The notes below the pieces were generated by a model. That model had not been told where the DNA came from, made no database searches, and saw only the letters and a program-made list of their open reading frames with translations. Shown here in pieces: positions 36,401 through 49,057 of a stretch of 64,000 nt of DNA. Source of the stretch: Epithemia pelagica (Eukaryota; Protista; Bacillariophyta); contig OX337234.1 of the NCBI GenBank assembly GCA_946965045.2, positions 3,782,001-3,846,000 of the forward strand, in the 5' to 3' direction. Numbering within the stretch: position 1 is the first letter of the stretch; the number at the start of each line of letters is the position of its first letter. Made by a program: the position numbers and the translations under genes.

Positions 36401-39400
36401 TGAAGCATTAGCTCTACCTCCATCAAAGCAACATGCCGTAGAAGCCACTGCAGTTCGAGGATCGGCACACATGTACCTGGTGAATGCCAAGCCCTTCCCT
36501 CGATTTCGTTGCTTGATTTTGCGGGGATTCTGTACAAATGCATGGTAAACACATGGCGGTGGAACGTATTCGTAAAAGATTCCACCTTCAATTTGAACAA
36601 CACGAAGCATGTCTACCTGGCATTCTTCACCGGAACAATCGATGTTGTCTTGCAATATGACCGTCCCTGGATATGTACAGGAAGAGTCCTCTGGATCGGT
36701 GTCCTCTTTTTGACAAAGAATGGAGTTCAATTCACCCTCTGGATCTGCGACAAACAGGTTGGCGAGTTTGCCCCATTGATTTTCCGGTTGGAGCTCAGGA
36801 AACGGACTGGATCCCAACAGGATGTATTTTGCACCTTGCTTCAGAAAGTGCTGTCGTGGAAGATCTGCGCAAAGAGGGTAACCGTCACCAATGTACTTTT
36901 GGTTCAAACCCATTTTCGGAAAGATGTCTCTCGTCGAGACTCTTATTTTCATTGGATCAACTCGGTTGTCGGCAGCGTCATCCTTGTTGCCACGCGCTTC
37001 TTGCCTTTCAAAACCAGTCCAAACCCGAGAATACTCCATGATATCATCATTGGTGTACGCTCGAATCGGATGTCCATTGGCGTCCAAAGTTAAGCTACCA
37101 TCACTGTTCAGCTCATGCAGACCAATCGTGAACAGTTGCATTACTTCTCTGGCAAAGTTCTGCGTTTTGAAATCATTGAGTGAGATGGATATTCATGACT
37201 GACAAAGAAGAGGATCCAGTGCTACAACATACCTCGTCGGGGTGTTCCACAACACCAACGTTCCGTCGCCAGTTGTAGCCGAGCGATTTTGAGCCAAGGT
37301 AAGTCAACATTCTAGCCATCAAAACGCTGTATGAAACTTCTTTGAGGACATCACGGTAGTTACCAAAGGCGTGTCGAACGAAAATATCGTAATAGTGCAC
37401 AAAGGCTTCTGTTCGAGTGGATTGGTTGGCATCAAAGTTGACAATCTGATGGCGAACAAAATCGCGATGATAGTGAGTCAAACAATAATATATGCATATA
37501 CAAGAGCACGAACGTACGTCACAAAGCTGTACCTACCAAAATCTGGCTCAGTGCCCACGCCATGCGTTGACGCAGCTGGTCTGGAGCTCTAAGGGCAGTG
37601 GTCAACCAGATAGTTTCTTTGTCCTTCTTGTGGTTCCCGCCGGTGTTGTTCCATTCCGTCGCGATCCCAAAGGAGCCGCGCAATCGTTCTCCGCCCAATT
37701 GTAGATCGTTCGCAACCTCACCAGGACTACCACACACAACAACTCCGGCTCCGGTCTGTCCTCTAGAGGACAGGGAACTGCTGCTGAAGTATTGTCGAAC
37801 AGACGGCAATCTTTGCAATGGCTGGTTGGCCAAGTCGTTGTAAAAATCAATCGTTTCACCAAACCGCCCCATATCAAACAGCACATTATCGTGGTTATCT
37901 TGCCATTGTTGCATGTCGTGGTGAGATGGAAAGGTGAGCCACACCTTTCCACTTTGTGCAAACTCGGAAATCTTGCCTGCTCCACCGGGATGTAAATCCA
38001 ACCATTCTGTAAAGTCATAGACCTGGCCATGATTTGGATGAACATTGTGCCAGCAAGTGTCGCTGACCCATACTTCAAAGTCTTTTGCTGTCAGATCGGT
38101 CGAATTGCATCGACCAAAATTAGCATGTGCAGGCAAGAAAATGTCCCGAATGAGGTCGGTACCATCGCTGTGTGAGGCGATTAACCTTCCCAAGACTTCG
38201 TTCGTTTGCGAACCCAACGTTTGGCAGATTTGCTCGTTGCTCCCAGAGACTTGCATCCATCGAGACCGTGCCATCGGCTGGCAGGGCGGGGGAACTTCGG
38301 TGTCGTCTTGGATGCGCAACCCATCGACTGCATAGATGTAGCGAGGTGTCTTAGAGTCAACAGTAACGTTATACAACACTTCGAGGGTCGTCGCATTCAA
38401 GTTCAGCTCAAACGACTGTTGATCACGGTGATTGGATGATCCACAAACTTGACTGTCGTCACTAAGGTAACACGAGTCTTCATTTTGCCACGTCCTCGCA
38501 ACGTTCGCACACCTGGCTTGATAATTCAGATTCTCGCTGTATGTTTGCTCCACAACTGTCCCGCCACCATCCGGTAATGGATTCGACAACGAATTTTCTT
38601 GTAACACAAAGCGAGGATCATGAATCCAGTATTCACCCGAGCTTTGCTCTACTCCGAGAACAATGGGTACAGGTCCCCCATTGGAGTACTCGAATTGCGA
38701 GCAAATCTCATCTGTTAGTGGGTTTGTGGTCAGGAGGCGTTGTACACTCTTCTCTGAATCTTTGCTGGTATAATAATCCACATCCAAAGGCTGCGTGGCG
38801 TTTCCTGACAAGACAACTTGTATGGATGGCACCACCGGGTTCTCTGAATCTTGGACCATGTCCATTAATTGAATTGGTGGATTACCAGAAAAGGATCCAA
38901 ACTGGACTGGCCGCTTGCACGAATCATCTTGAGGATGGATCAGCCATACGCGACCATTCAGGAACGCTTCTGGAGCTTGACAAATTTCATAGCTGGTATA
39001 ATGCCAAACACACAAGACAGGGTAAGTCACAGCAAACAACAACACTAGCCTAGAAAACGAACTTCTAGAGTCCACCACTCACCTTCCATCGCGAAATATA
39101 AGCGATTGGGCATTGTTGGGACTCGTATGGAAGCGAATGGGCAATGTGGTCGGCAATACCGTGAGAACCGTACCGTCGATACTCAAGAGACGGTACTGTC
39201 CGTCACTCGAAGTGGACAGTTCCAACGTTTTGAGCGTGTGTGGCTCGACCAGGGCAAATTTTCGATATGTGGTTCCGGCCTGACAGGGATGCGTGACGGT
39301 CCCAGTCGGCGAAGAGCTTGCAAACCGCGCCGTGGCATGCCGTCGATAAAATTCCCGATGCAAGGTTGGTGGAACAGTCGTCATTTGTTCGCCGATCCAT

Positions 39401-42400
39401 TCCGCCATGACTTGCAGTTGAATGTCACTTTCGGTGAGGCTCGCGCTTTCGCCTGCGAGTCCATCCGACTTGATTTCGTGTCGTTCTAATAAATCTCGCA
39501 AATCGGCTCGGGTGGTACCAAAGGTGCCTTGTTCCAAAAAGCGTGCGTATTCATCTCGACGTCGTTGCAGTGGGTTGTCCTCCCACGGCAATTTTCGAAG
39601 CGTCACGGCAAAATACCAGGATTCGTCCGGGTGGATTGCACTCAAGGACCGCCGTTGTCTCGTGGCACCCCCTCCTATAGGTACCGTAGTGGTCAGGCTG
39701 TCTTTGTTGTTGTCGATAGTAGGGTCGGTCAAGGCAATGGTGCACGTTTGTGGATTGCAATTGAGGGGAACGCGCGATGGCGAGGTATAGGCTTCCCAGG
39801 CATGGCCATGGTACGATCGGGCCAAGGGAATCCACGAGGAAGAGGAAAAGGACGAGCCATTGGTGGTGGACAACACCTGGCCCTTGGTGCGGACCAGCAG
39901 ACACAACCGATTGGCGGGACAGGTTCGCACCACGAGTGAAAATGGCGTGCTCGCATTTTGGTTTTCGGCCATGACCAAGAGGGCCAGATCCGAGCCCTCC
40001 AAGGCCACGGTACAATCCAAGGGAGTTTCGGCCGTGACATTGGCCACGGATAATTGAATGACGGAAAAGTCCTCGGCCAATTCCTCCCACTCCGTACCCA
40101 ACCCACCGTCCGTCACACTTTGCAAATTGTCGGGGTCGTTGCCATTGGGATTGGCAAAAAAGACAATGGAAAGGACAATGAGAGTAGTACACAAGGCCAC
40201 GACCAAGAATCCCAACAACCAAAATCGAGCTTGTCGTTGGCGGGAAAGAGCGTGTTCCTGCTGATAATAGTCATTGTTGTTGTCCTGGTAGTTTCCGGAC
40301 CATCCCGCCCAGCCCAGTCGCTCCGAGAGGGTTCTGGTCGAGTTGGACCAGCACGGTCGCCGCCACCATGCCTTGCCAGATGCACCATTCGTGGTGGAGC
40401 TTGGGAGGGTGGTGCTGGTCGTCCAGACGGATTCGTTAATGCCATAATAGTCTTCGGGTACCGTGACGGGATCGGCCAAGTCCACGGCAATCGGTCGTTC
40501 GTGTTGTCGCAACAGCGCTTGAGGGGAGGAGACCAATGCGGCTGTCGTGGGGGGCGTGTCGTTGCGACTGTCGGTTGGGCTGAGACTGCGCAATCGAATG
40601 CCCTGTCCTCGTTTGCTGGTGCGGCTCATGGTACTGCTGTTGGAGGTTGTGGAGGATGCCATTGTGGTGGTGGTGGTCGGATTGCCCCAGCCAAAGAGTG
40701 AAAAGGAGGGAGAGAGAAAGGAAAAAAAGTAGGGAGACGTGGCATTGTGGGGCGTGGAGGAGGATTCGGCCGTGCGATTCTGGTCGTGTTTGGAGGAGTT
40801 GTGCTTGCCCCTCTTGTGATAATACTTTTTCTGTTTTCTCTTGTTCTGTTTGGTGGCCTTGCGGCCTGGCCACGAGGCTGTCAAGGCACTGCTAGCCTCA
40901 TCATCGTCGTCATAATCGGGATGATCGTGTTCGTCGGGTTCATCCTGCAATTGTTCCACGCTGCCTGTTTCTCCCTGATGATGATAGTAGTAGTCTCGAT
41001 CGTTGCGACTGCGCGTGTCATTGCTGTCTTCGTCATCTTGATAAATCATGATGGAGGATTCGACATCGTCCTTGTTCCAAAAGAGCAAGTCGGAATTTTG
41101 TTCGACAAAATTCGTCGTTGCGGGTTGGGTGGACGACGTTTGGTTCTTGCTGGTGACACTGGTCGTGGGCGTGGGTGGACTCCGGCTCGTGGTGTGGTTC
41201 TTGTTTGTTGTGCGTTTGCGGCGACTCTTGTTGTTTGATTTGGGCGGCGGTGGAGGAGGAGGAGGTGGCGGTGCCACACCACAAAAGGGTAAGGAGGAAA
41301 GAACGTTTTGCGTTGTCATGGCGGTCGCGTCTCCCAGCAAAAAGTCTTGGGTCGTTGTATCACCCTGCGTCGTTTCCGTCATGCTACTGACACTGGTGGA
41401 ACCATCGACCGAAAGGAGCGAATGGAGGGGTGGTCGTCGTGGGCCCCCTCGAGACTGTTCTTGTGGTTGTTGTTGATGTAAGAGTGCCGCCGCCAAGACG
41501 TGCGATTGGGTACGACGAGGAGGAGGCCGTGTGGAAGCTTTGGACTTGGACTTTGGTTGTTGGTCCTTGGCTGCTGCTTTGGATGGTGTGGGGGTGCGTC
41601 GGGGTACTGATGCATCCTCTCGGGGATGGGGACTGACGGATTGCAATCGCGTCGTCGAATAGGGCAATTCCATGTTGAAATCCAATCCACTGCTAATATC
41701 ATCATCGTCGTCACCATCCTGTTCCTGTTGGTTGTCTCGCAACAAGTAGCGTCGACCGGCTGGATTCGGCATGCTGTTGTGGTTGTTGTTGTTGTTTGCG
41801 TTGTTGTTGAGGTTCTTTGGATGATGCTTGGCACCCCAGCCGGACGGCAACCATCGTTTTTGGTTGGAGGGTCCTGCTCCACCCGCCGTGGCACTGGCCT
41901 GCGAGGAGGTGGCCACGCCATCAAAGACGGACGAAGAGGAATCCAAACTGGTGGTTTCATCCCACTGGGGATGAGAGTGCTGTGGTGGTGCGGAGGAGTA
42001 TGGCACGAGCAAGGACGGTGGGAGACGAGCATGTGTGGTGGGACCGACGCCTGCCGCCGCCACGACGGACGACGAGAGAGAACAAGAGGAAGAGGCGACG
42101 GACGAGGGCGAGGGTGGGACTTGCCAACTGGTTTCCTTGGTGACGGCATGATAATAGTAATGCTGACCGGAATGCGGATCGACCGCTTCCATCCACCACG
42201 AACCAGTGTCGTCCTGGTTGTTGTCGGGAGTTGTGTGTTGCGATTTGGAGTCTGGTTCGTCTTGACGTGATTGGGGTGGTCGGGTGCTGCTTGGATGCTG
42301 CAGTGCCTGTCGACTCGTCCTGGTGGCCGATTTCGTATGGGACACATTCGTACTGTGGGTTCGCACGGCCGCATCGGCAAAGGCATAGCGTGGTGACGGC

Positions 42401-42408
42401 TGTGACAT
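33479..42408 (-). CDS. WW-domain, membrane-anchored DUF1800-DUF1501 fusion with cytochrome-b5-like insert, paralog 2 (about 2891 aa; exons 42408-39083, 38992-37537, 37445-37233, 37159-33479)
   Basis: GT-AG junctions give one continuous frame; introns at the same positions as paralog 1. WW: WMEAVDPHSGQHYYYHAVTKETSWQVP. TM: FWLLGFLVVALCTTLIVLSIVFFA. b5-like: VYDFTEWLDLHPGG. PDENFAREVMQLFTIG; LFAHN; NWDHH; SEFGRTLTPNTNSGSDHGWAG. Confidence 0.9.
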
Positions 42409-44074
42409 GGTTGGAATTAAACTGGTTGGACTTGGTTCGTTCTCAAGCTAAGACCAAGGCGGAGTGTTTCTCGGTTTGCGTTCGTGTTTTTTGTGTGAGT
42501 GTGTCTTTTGGTTTGGGTTCAAGGATGAGGATGATGAGGATGAACGGTTCGAGAGTTTGGTCCATTCCCTTCACACACAAACACACGCCAAACAAGAAGC
42601 GAAACGGAGCAGCAGGAATCGATCGATGGAGGTGCAATGGCGATCCAAAGCAATCACACCACAGTCTCTTTCGTAGATGAGCTCTTTTTCGTGTGGGATT
42701 TGTTCGGCACCTCTTTGGCTATAGCGGATTGGATATACGAGAGAGACTGAGAATCCAGAACCACCACGCCGTTCGTTCCGTTCCGCATGCAACTCGAGCA
42801 ACACACAAACTCTCCCCTTTGGTTGTTGTTGTTGGTTCTGTTGCGTTCTCTCGTTTTGAGTCTCGTCTCTCTCGTCGTCGATTGCCTTTCTTCCTGTTTT
42901 TCTCATGACGAGGTCGGTGCGCGTCTTGACAAGAGTCATCGCGCCGGTCAGCTTTTACTTAGAATCCCCAGTCATTTCGGGTTGGAAAAAAGTCCCCCAT
43001 GGAAAAATTTCACCTACACTACAATGCAAAAGTTGCATGTGCCAAATGTCCTGTCCGTAAAATGCAAAATGCTCTTGAGCGCAATGCGCGGTCATTGTAC
43101 CAGTATTGAAGGCGGACTCGTGTGCAGGCCAAAGTTTGTTATGCGAGACGCGTGCCACAAGACCAAAAATCCCGTCGTTGCAAAAGTCAGCCCAGTCCGG
43201 CAAAGCGCAAAAGGGAGAAATTTGGGGCCGACGCTCACAAATTGATGTGTCTGTCGTGAAATGAAAGACAAGGGAACACGCCAACAATAGATCTATAGAA
43301 GATGGAATCATGAACGTACGAGTACGAGTATGGATGGACACTCTTGGTCCTCTTTCTCCCTGTCTCCAAACGGGGTCTACCCATGAAATCGTTTGTTCGC
43401 AGGGAGAGTTGGTTGGTGAATAGTCAATCGTTGTTTTGCTTTGCTTTGCTTTGCTTTGCTCCAACCGCCCAAAGCTCCCCATGGAATGACATGTATACGG
43501 TTGTCGCAGTACGTACAAGTCGGTGGTTCTTTCGTCATGCAGGTACGCGCAGTCGCCTCGGCAAGAAGAAGAAGAAGCCGCCAGGGCGATGGATACCATT
43601 TGGGGTTTTTGGTTGTTCCGAAATACACTACTAGGAGTACCTAGCTGGGTAAAAACATGAATGTTGCAGATCCAAACGTCGTCATCTTGGCTTTCTATTA
43701 GCGACAACAACAAGGGAACGGAGCGGCATGGCGTAACGATGGAGGGGGGCTACCTATACTCCAAGAGGAGTCTATGGAGTATATACCTCCTCTACCCCCT
43801 ACCAATCCGAATGGTCTGTACGTCGTAAGTTTATGGTTGAGGACTCATCTTCAACGTCAGTCACGGTTCGGACTTGCCCGTTTGTGGTGGGGCGGCGAGA
43901 GCGAGACAGCAACACGCAGCAAGGGAGTGTCTCGCTGCATCAACCAACCCATCACACATCCCCTTGAAACAACGATCCTCGTCTTGTGTCCTTGTCGTTG
44001 GTTGCGATTTGAGTGCATCTCTCGTTTGCCTATAAAGAAGACAGACAGTACAGGAACCAACCACACCAAACAAA

Positions 44075-44879
44075 ATGACTCGTTTTCCGCGTCCGCAAAA
44101 TCTCAATGATTGCTTTTATGCGGCGGCGCAGCATATGCGTCAAAAACCCGTGGCCTTGACCCACAAACAAACGGTACGGAATACTACTAGAGTTTGCGCT
44201 GCCACACACACCAAGTCGTTTGTTGGTGACCAAAACCGCTGTTGGTTTCGTGTCGATCCATCCACTCGTGATTTCATTCGTCTCATGTTGTCTTTTTGAT
44301 TCTTCTTGTGTGTCGAACTGATGGGGCGGTGTTCTGCTTCGGACATGGATTCTATATTGCCACTCGACACAGGTGTGCCGTTTGTACCGTCACTCTCTCC
44401 GTCTCATGTTGAGTTGGGTCATTGATCGCGACGTCTTTAATGAACGGGCCACGGAATTGAGAGAACGCTTTGATAAAAACCGGAACGTCACCAAGGCGGC
44501 TGCCGCACGGCTCATTGAGGTACGTTCGTTGGGTGGATGAACTGCAAGAATGTTCGGCTTGATTTTTGGTCATCTCACAAAATCCCTGAATTTCTTTCAC
44601 TCATGTTTGTATCAATCCAATCGGCCTCTGTAGGAAGCCCAAGATGAAATGTTTCGTTTCACGCATCCCGATCCCTACAAGAATCCCTACATGCCGGGTG
44701 GATCGGCCTTTATGCGAAACTCGCCCTTGCCCAAGGAAGTGTGTTTCCCCGATGGCGATGCCCCGGACGACTTTCCCGATTACTACCTCAATCCCGATTA
44801 TTCGCTCTGCACCCCCGAGAGTGGACGAAATGCCACGGGGACCGTCTTGGTGGACTTTTACAAAAAGAACATGGAGTAG
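44075..44879 (+). CDS. NDUFB9: NADH dehydrogenase (complex I) 1 beta subcomplex subunit 9, LYR family (exons 44075-44173, 44373-44519, 44634-44879)
   Basis: Spliced product has HKQTVCRLYRHSLRL...SWVIDRDVF and HPDPYKNPYMPGGSAFMRNSPLP; all junctions GT-AG, phase 0. Confidence 0.9.
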
Positions 44880-45304
44880 AAAAGACGTGCCGAGCAAACG
44901 AACAAAACAACAAAAGGACACACGCAACACAAAAAGAAAGAGAACCCATCGTCCTCTTTCCTCACTGTCCTTGTGTCTTGTGTGTGAAATGAATTCAGAT
45001 ACTCTGTAACGTTCTCCAAACGAAGCGCCGTTCCAGTTCCAATATACAAATAATCGAATAGCAGAAAAATTATTTATTGGCGAGCCGAGACCATCAACGT
45101 TGTAGTTGAATACGAATTGTGACTTGTACCGCACTGCCATCCTCCAACGTTGTATCCAAAACGTCTTCCAGGGACGAACTCTTGCATTTCGGGACGAACG
45201 TTCCCGGGTACCAACCATATATTTTGCCACACACACAGGCCCTTCGGAATGCCAATATCTACGCCCGACAAGAGGAATCCAACCATGTGTGTGTTTTGTT
45301 TCTT

Positions 45305-47135
45305 TTAGGATTGCTGTTTGGTTTGCAACTGAAATTGCAATTTTTGCAATCGCAATTCCGCCAACCGTCGTTCGTTTTGGAGGGCAAAGGACTTTTGGGC
45401 GGCATCGCCTCCTCGTTCCTTGGGCAATACCAAGGGTTGTTCCAACCAATTGGTCAAGGCTTCGACTTCGCCCGCGACATTGCCTTGACATTGATAAATG
45501 CGGGCCAAGACGGACAAGGATTCGGCACAATCCAGGTTGCGGGACAAATTGCACGAGGCTTGAATGGCCAACAAGGCGCCATCGTAATCCTGCAGTTCCA
45601 ATTTGGCCATGGCTCTAGTAGAGACGGAATATACCAAACGCACAAACAACAACACCCACGACAACAACCAATGGAACACACAATACACATGTGTGAGTTC
45701 GTTCGGCTACTACGGGCCGACGGGTGGACTGGAACATGCGCAACGAACAGCTCGTGCCATAGTAGTATACCAACCACTACTTACTCCATGCGTCGTACTT
45801 GAATGAGCCATTGCAATCGACTGGGAGCTTCGGTGGTTGTACTGGGTGTATTCGAGGCGGACAACGACGACCGTGAGGACGGCAACGAGGAGGACCGTCT
45901 GGAGGACGCGGACGGTGGTGGTTTGGAGGGTGGAGCTCGTGGATCACTGCCACTGCGACTGATTTGTTGTTGTTGTTGTTGTTGTTGTTTTTCGTAGGCT
46001 TGTTGCAAGTCCATGGCCGGTCGAAAGGCCACGGCCACGGCTTGTTCAAACAAGCGAATGGCCTCTTGGTACTCGTGTTGCTCCAAGGCTTGTTTCCCTT
46101 GAACTGCACCCAATTGACAGCCTTGCCACAAGGCCTCGGTGTTGCTCAACACTTTACGGTTGGTCGTACATTGTTGTGGATCCTCCAGGTCGGGAACCAA
46201 GAGATTCCAGAGTTTGCTCCCTTTTAGTGGAGGAGTTGTCGTCGTCGTCTCGGCCGGTTGGGAGGGAGTCTCGACACGACGCACCGTCTTGCTCTTGCTC
46301 TTGTTGCTGTTGGTATTGCGACTTTTGGGTGTGCCGGTTGCCCCTGAGGAGAATGCCGCATCCTGCCATTCTTGCGTGACAATGGGTCCACTGCCACAGA
46401 GTGAGCGACAGGGTCCTTCTTGGACGGTACTGTGGGGAGGCGCCAAGGCGTGCAAGGCCTGCAAGGTGGCACGAGCTCCATCGACCAGACATCCTGGAGA
46501 GGTACAAACGTACAGGGTGGTTGGAGGAGGAGGCAGAAGAATGGCCGAGGAGGATTCGTCCGTGTCGGTTAGTATGGTAGACTGGGTTGGCTTTGTGTGT
46601 GATGGTTGTGGCGGCTTGCCGTTTGGGTTTTGCGCATGGGAGGACCGCGATGGAGATGTGCTTGTGCTCGTGCTTGTGCTATTACTCGATGGTGGTCCTC
46701 GTCGTGCCATATGGCCGCAATACTGGATTCTGGGGGACGCTCTCGCCGACTGGGTCGTTGCGACGGCAATCCCAAAAAGGTATTGTCGTCCGTGCCAGCG
46801 CCTTGTCGATGTGACCGTCGGTTACCGGTGGTCCAGGACGACCAGAGGGAACGTGCCGTGTTCTTTTGTTTGGTGTGGGGCGGTGCCGGGTCCTCCAAAT
46901 CGTCGTCGTCGTCCTTGTCGTTGGTTGGGTCCGATGATGCAGCGGCCCATCGAGTCGTCGTCGTCGTCGTCGTCGTCGTTGGCCGGGTGAGGAATGGACC
47001 AATCTGTGGTGACGACAACAACGAGTCGTCTTTTCCAGGACGAAAGGACGACAAAACGGGTGATTCCAACACAAACGACCACGTGCCAAATGGCAAGGAC
47101 GTCCACAAGTGGAGTAGCAGCAGCCACAGTGACAT
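45305..47135 (-). CDS. Plastid-targeted thioredoxin-like [2Fe-2S] ferredoxin plus TPR protein; apparent 2-bp frameshift near 46712 (intron 45784-45615)
   Basis: Leader MSLWLLLLHLWTSLPFGTWS-FVL; VCTSPGC...GPCRSLCGSGP; TPR-like EAIRLFEQAV and RRMEAMAKLELQDYDGAL across a GTAAGT...TAG intron; the paralog at 55.8-56.3 kb lacks the extra AT. Confidence 0.7.
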
Positions 47136-47482
47136 GACGACACGGACAATTCGAGGAATACAACACGGGTGGAGCCGAAGGAACGGTGGACTTTTGTTTG
47201 GTGGTTCTTGCTGAAATAAATAATGGACCACAGGACACACACAGGAATAAGCTACTTGCCAAACGAAGGACCTGCAAAACAAAACGAAAAACCGACAATG
47301 ACAACGATGAGGACCACACCACAACCAAAGTGCGGAGATCCAAGCAACAGCAATAACGAATAACGAGTATTAGAACGAGAGAGATGCCACGCCGAAACTG
47401 GTTCAAGTTTTGCTATAGAGGAGTACTTCCGTTTGGTCCTCCAGTCGCAGATGTTCGGCGGGTTGTGAGCTTCGGTCGTCCG

Positions 47483-47503
47483 CGTCACGTCACGTCACGT
47501 CAC
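47483..47503. promoter_or_regulatory. (CGTCA)n pentamer run giving three overlapping TGACGT sites between divergent genes
   Basis: CGTCACGTCACGTCACGTCAC lies between the starts at 47135 (-) and about 47600 (+). Confidence 0.3.
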
Positions 47504-47581
47504 ATTAGTTACGAGACGCCGCGAAATGACCCGGAAGTTTGGGTCTGAGATTTCGTTTGTTGCACACTCGGACCGATTCGG

Positions 47582-48994
47582 TTGGCATCAGTTGGTTTTG
47601 TGGCAGGGCCATCTATGAAGGTAGCTACGAGTATAGAATATAGAACCATGATGTCCTGGTTGACTTTGATGCGCCGCACAGTGTGTCGTCCAGTGTTCCG
47701 TCGCCTCGTCTTGGTTGGTTTGCTGCTGTATAGTCTGTGGACCCTCGGTTCGTCTTGGTCCACGACGACGACGACGACGACGACGACGACAACGAGCTGC
47801 CGGTGCGATACTTCATTCCACGAACCACAAGCACCACCACCACAACAAGGCCAAACTACTCCCCCCTTGGAGACACGAATACCACTCTCCAATGTATCGC
47901 GAATTTATTTGCTCGGCGAACGCAATTCGGGTACCTCGTATGTGGAACATGCATTGTTTGGAGCCTTTCGAGCCTATAGCCGTTGGCCCGTCGCCCCGGA
48001 CTTGCTGCCGCCCCGGGTGGTCCACCACAACCAGACCACCACGCAGCCACCCACAACAGGCCACAACCACCGTCCACCGGGGACAACGCGTTTCCGAGTG
48101 ATTGGAACGGGGACACGTCTCCAAGGGGTTGGTACGGGGACACCCCAAACGAACAAAAACCTGCCGTTTCCCTTTGCCATGGACATTCCCGTGTTGGAAT
48201 TCAAGCACATGTTTCGACAATCTTTGTTGAATGAGACGGAATATCAAACCTTGGTCCAGCACTTTCGCGGCAATCACAACCACCAAAAGCCAAGGAGTGG
48301 TCGAGCTCTCTTTGTCTTGGTCGTACGGAGTCCGTGTGAATGGGCCGATGGCATGCGACGAAAACCCTGGCATTTGTGTCCCACCCAGCGCTTTCGGTCC
48401 CATAAGAACAATACCAACAAGAGCGACTCTATGGAGAATGACTTGTGTCATGGATCACCCTATATTAGTATGGAAGCACAGCGAGAAACGCAAGCCATGT
48501 CCTTGCACGACTTTTCCCGTCAACCCTGGAGAGAATTTCCCTTTCGCCAGGGGCTTTCCAGGAATCACCAGCAGAGTCAAGGCTTTGACCACATTTTTCA
48601 GTTGCGAACCTTGAAATTGCAACTCATGGTGCAAGTCATTCAAGCGGCTCAACAAGCCGTCACGTCGTTTCATCCACACCAACCAATTCCCCTGCCCATT
48701 GTCTTGATTCATTTGCCAGATTTTGAAGCCGCTCCTCATCGAGCCATTGTGCAAATGGCGCAACGACATGGTTTGACACTGGAACCCTCCTATCGACCCC
48801 TGCCACCGACCTCGCATGCCTTGCATCAGTCTCTGTGTATTCCCCCCGCCATGGCGGAATGGATTCATGGTACTCACAACCACAACCACAAGAAGAACAT
48901 GGTGGTCAATTGGACCTTGGAACAAGAACACTTTGGATTTGTTCCATCCCAAGAGTGTCAACCCTGTGCCACGACGACCACTGGACACTCCTAA
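47582..48994 (+). CDS. Type II membrane sulfotransferase-like protein
   Basis: TM LVLVGLLLYSLWTLG; 5'-PSB-like loop IYLLGERNSGTSYV; 3'-PB-like FVLVVRSPCEWADGM; intronless 470 aa (start may be Met near 47648). Confidence 0.75.
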   Translation: MASVGFVAGPSMKVATSIEYRTMMSWLTLMRRTVCRPVFRRLVLVGLLLYSLWTLGSSWSTTTTTTTTTTTSCRCDTSFHEPQAPPPQQGQTTPPLETRIPLSNVSRIYLLGERNSGTSYVEHALFGAFRAYSRWPVAPDLLPPRVVHHNQTTTQPPTTGHNHRPPGTTRFRVIGTGTRLQGVGTGTPQTNKNLPFPFAMDIPVLEFKHMFRQSLLNETEYQTLVQHFRGNHNHQKPRSGRALFVLVVRSPCEWADGMRRKPWHLCPTQRFRSHKNNTNKSDSMENDLCHGSPYISMEAQRETQAMSLHDFSRQPWREFPFRQGLSRNHQQSQGFDHIFQLRTLKLQLMVQVIQAAQQAVTSFHPHQPIPLPIVLIHLPDFEAAPHRAIVQMAQRHGLTLEPSYRPLPPTSHALHQSLCIPPAMAEWIHGTHNHNHKKNMVVNWTLEQEHFGFVPSQECQPCATTTTGHS

Positions 48995-49057
48995 TATTAT
49001 TATTGCGAGAAATAGACACGTGGGTTTTTTTTTGTATCCCTCCGAGAACACTTGGCG

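Noticed and set aside
42955-43713. 252-aa minus-strand ORF upstream of paralog 2
   Set aside because: No motifs, runs through simple repeats (CTTTG), no paralog; cannot be supported as coding.
44601-45554. 317-aa minus-strand ORF
   Set aside because: Overlaps NDUFB9 exon 3 antisense and the TPR exon in another frame; no recognisable domain.
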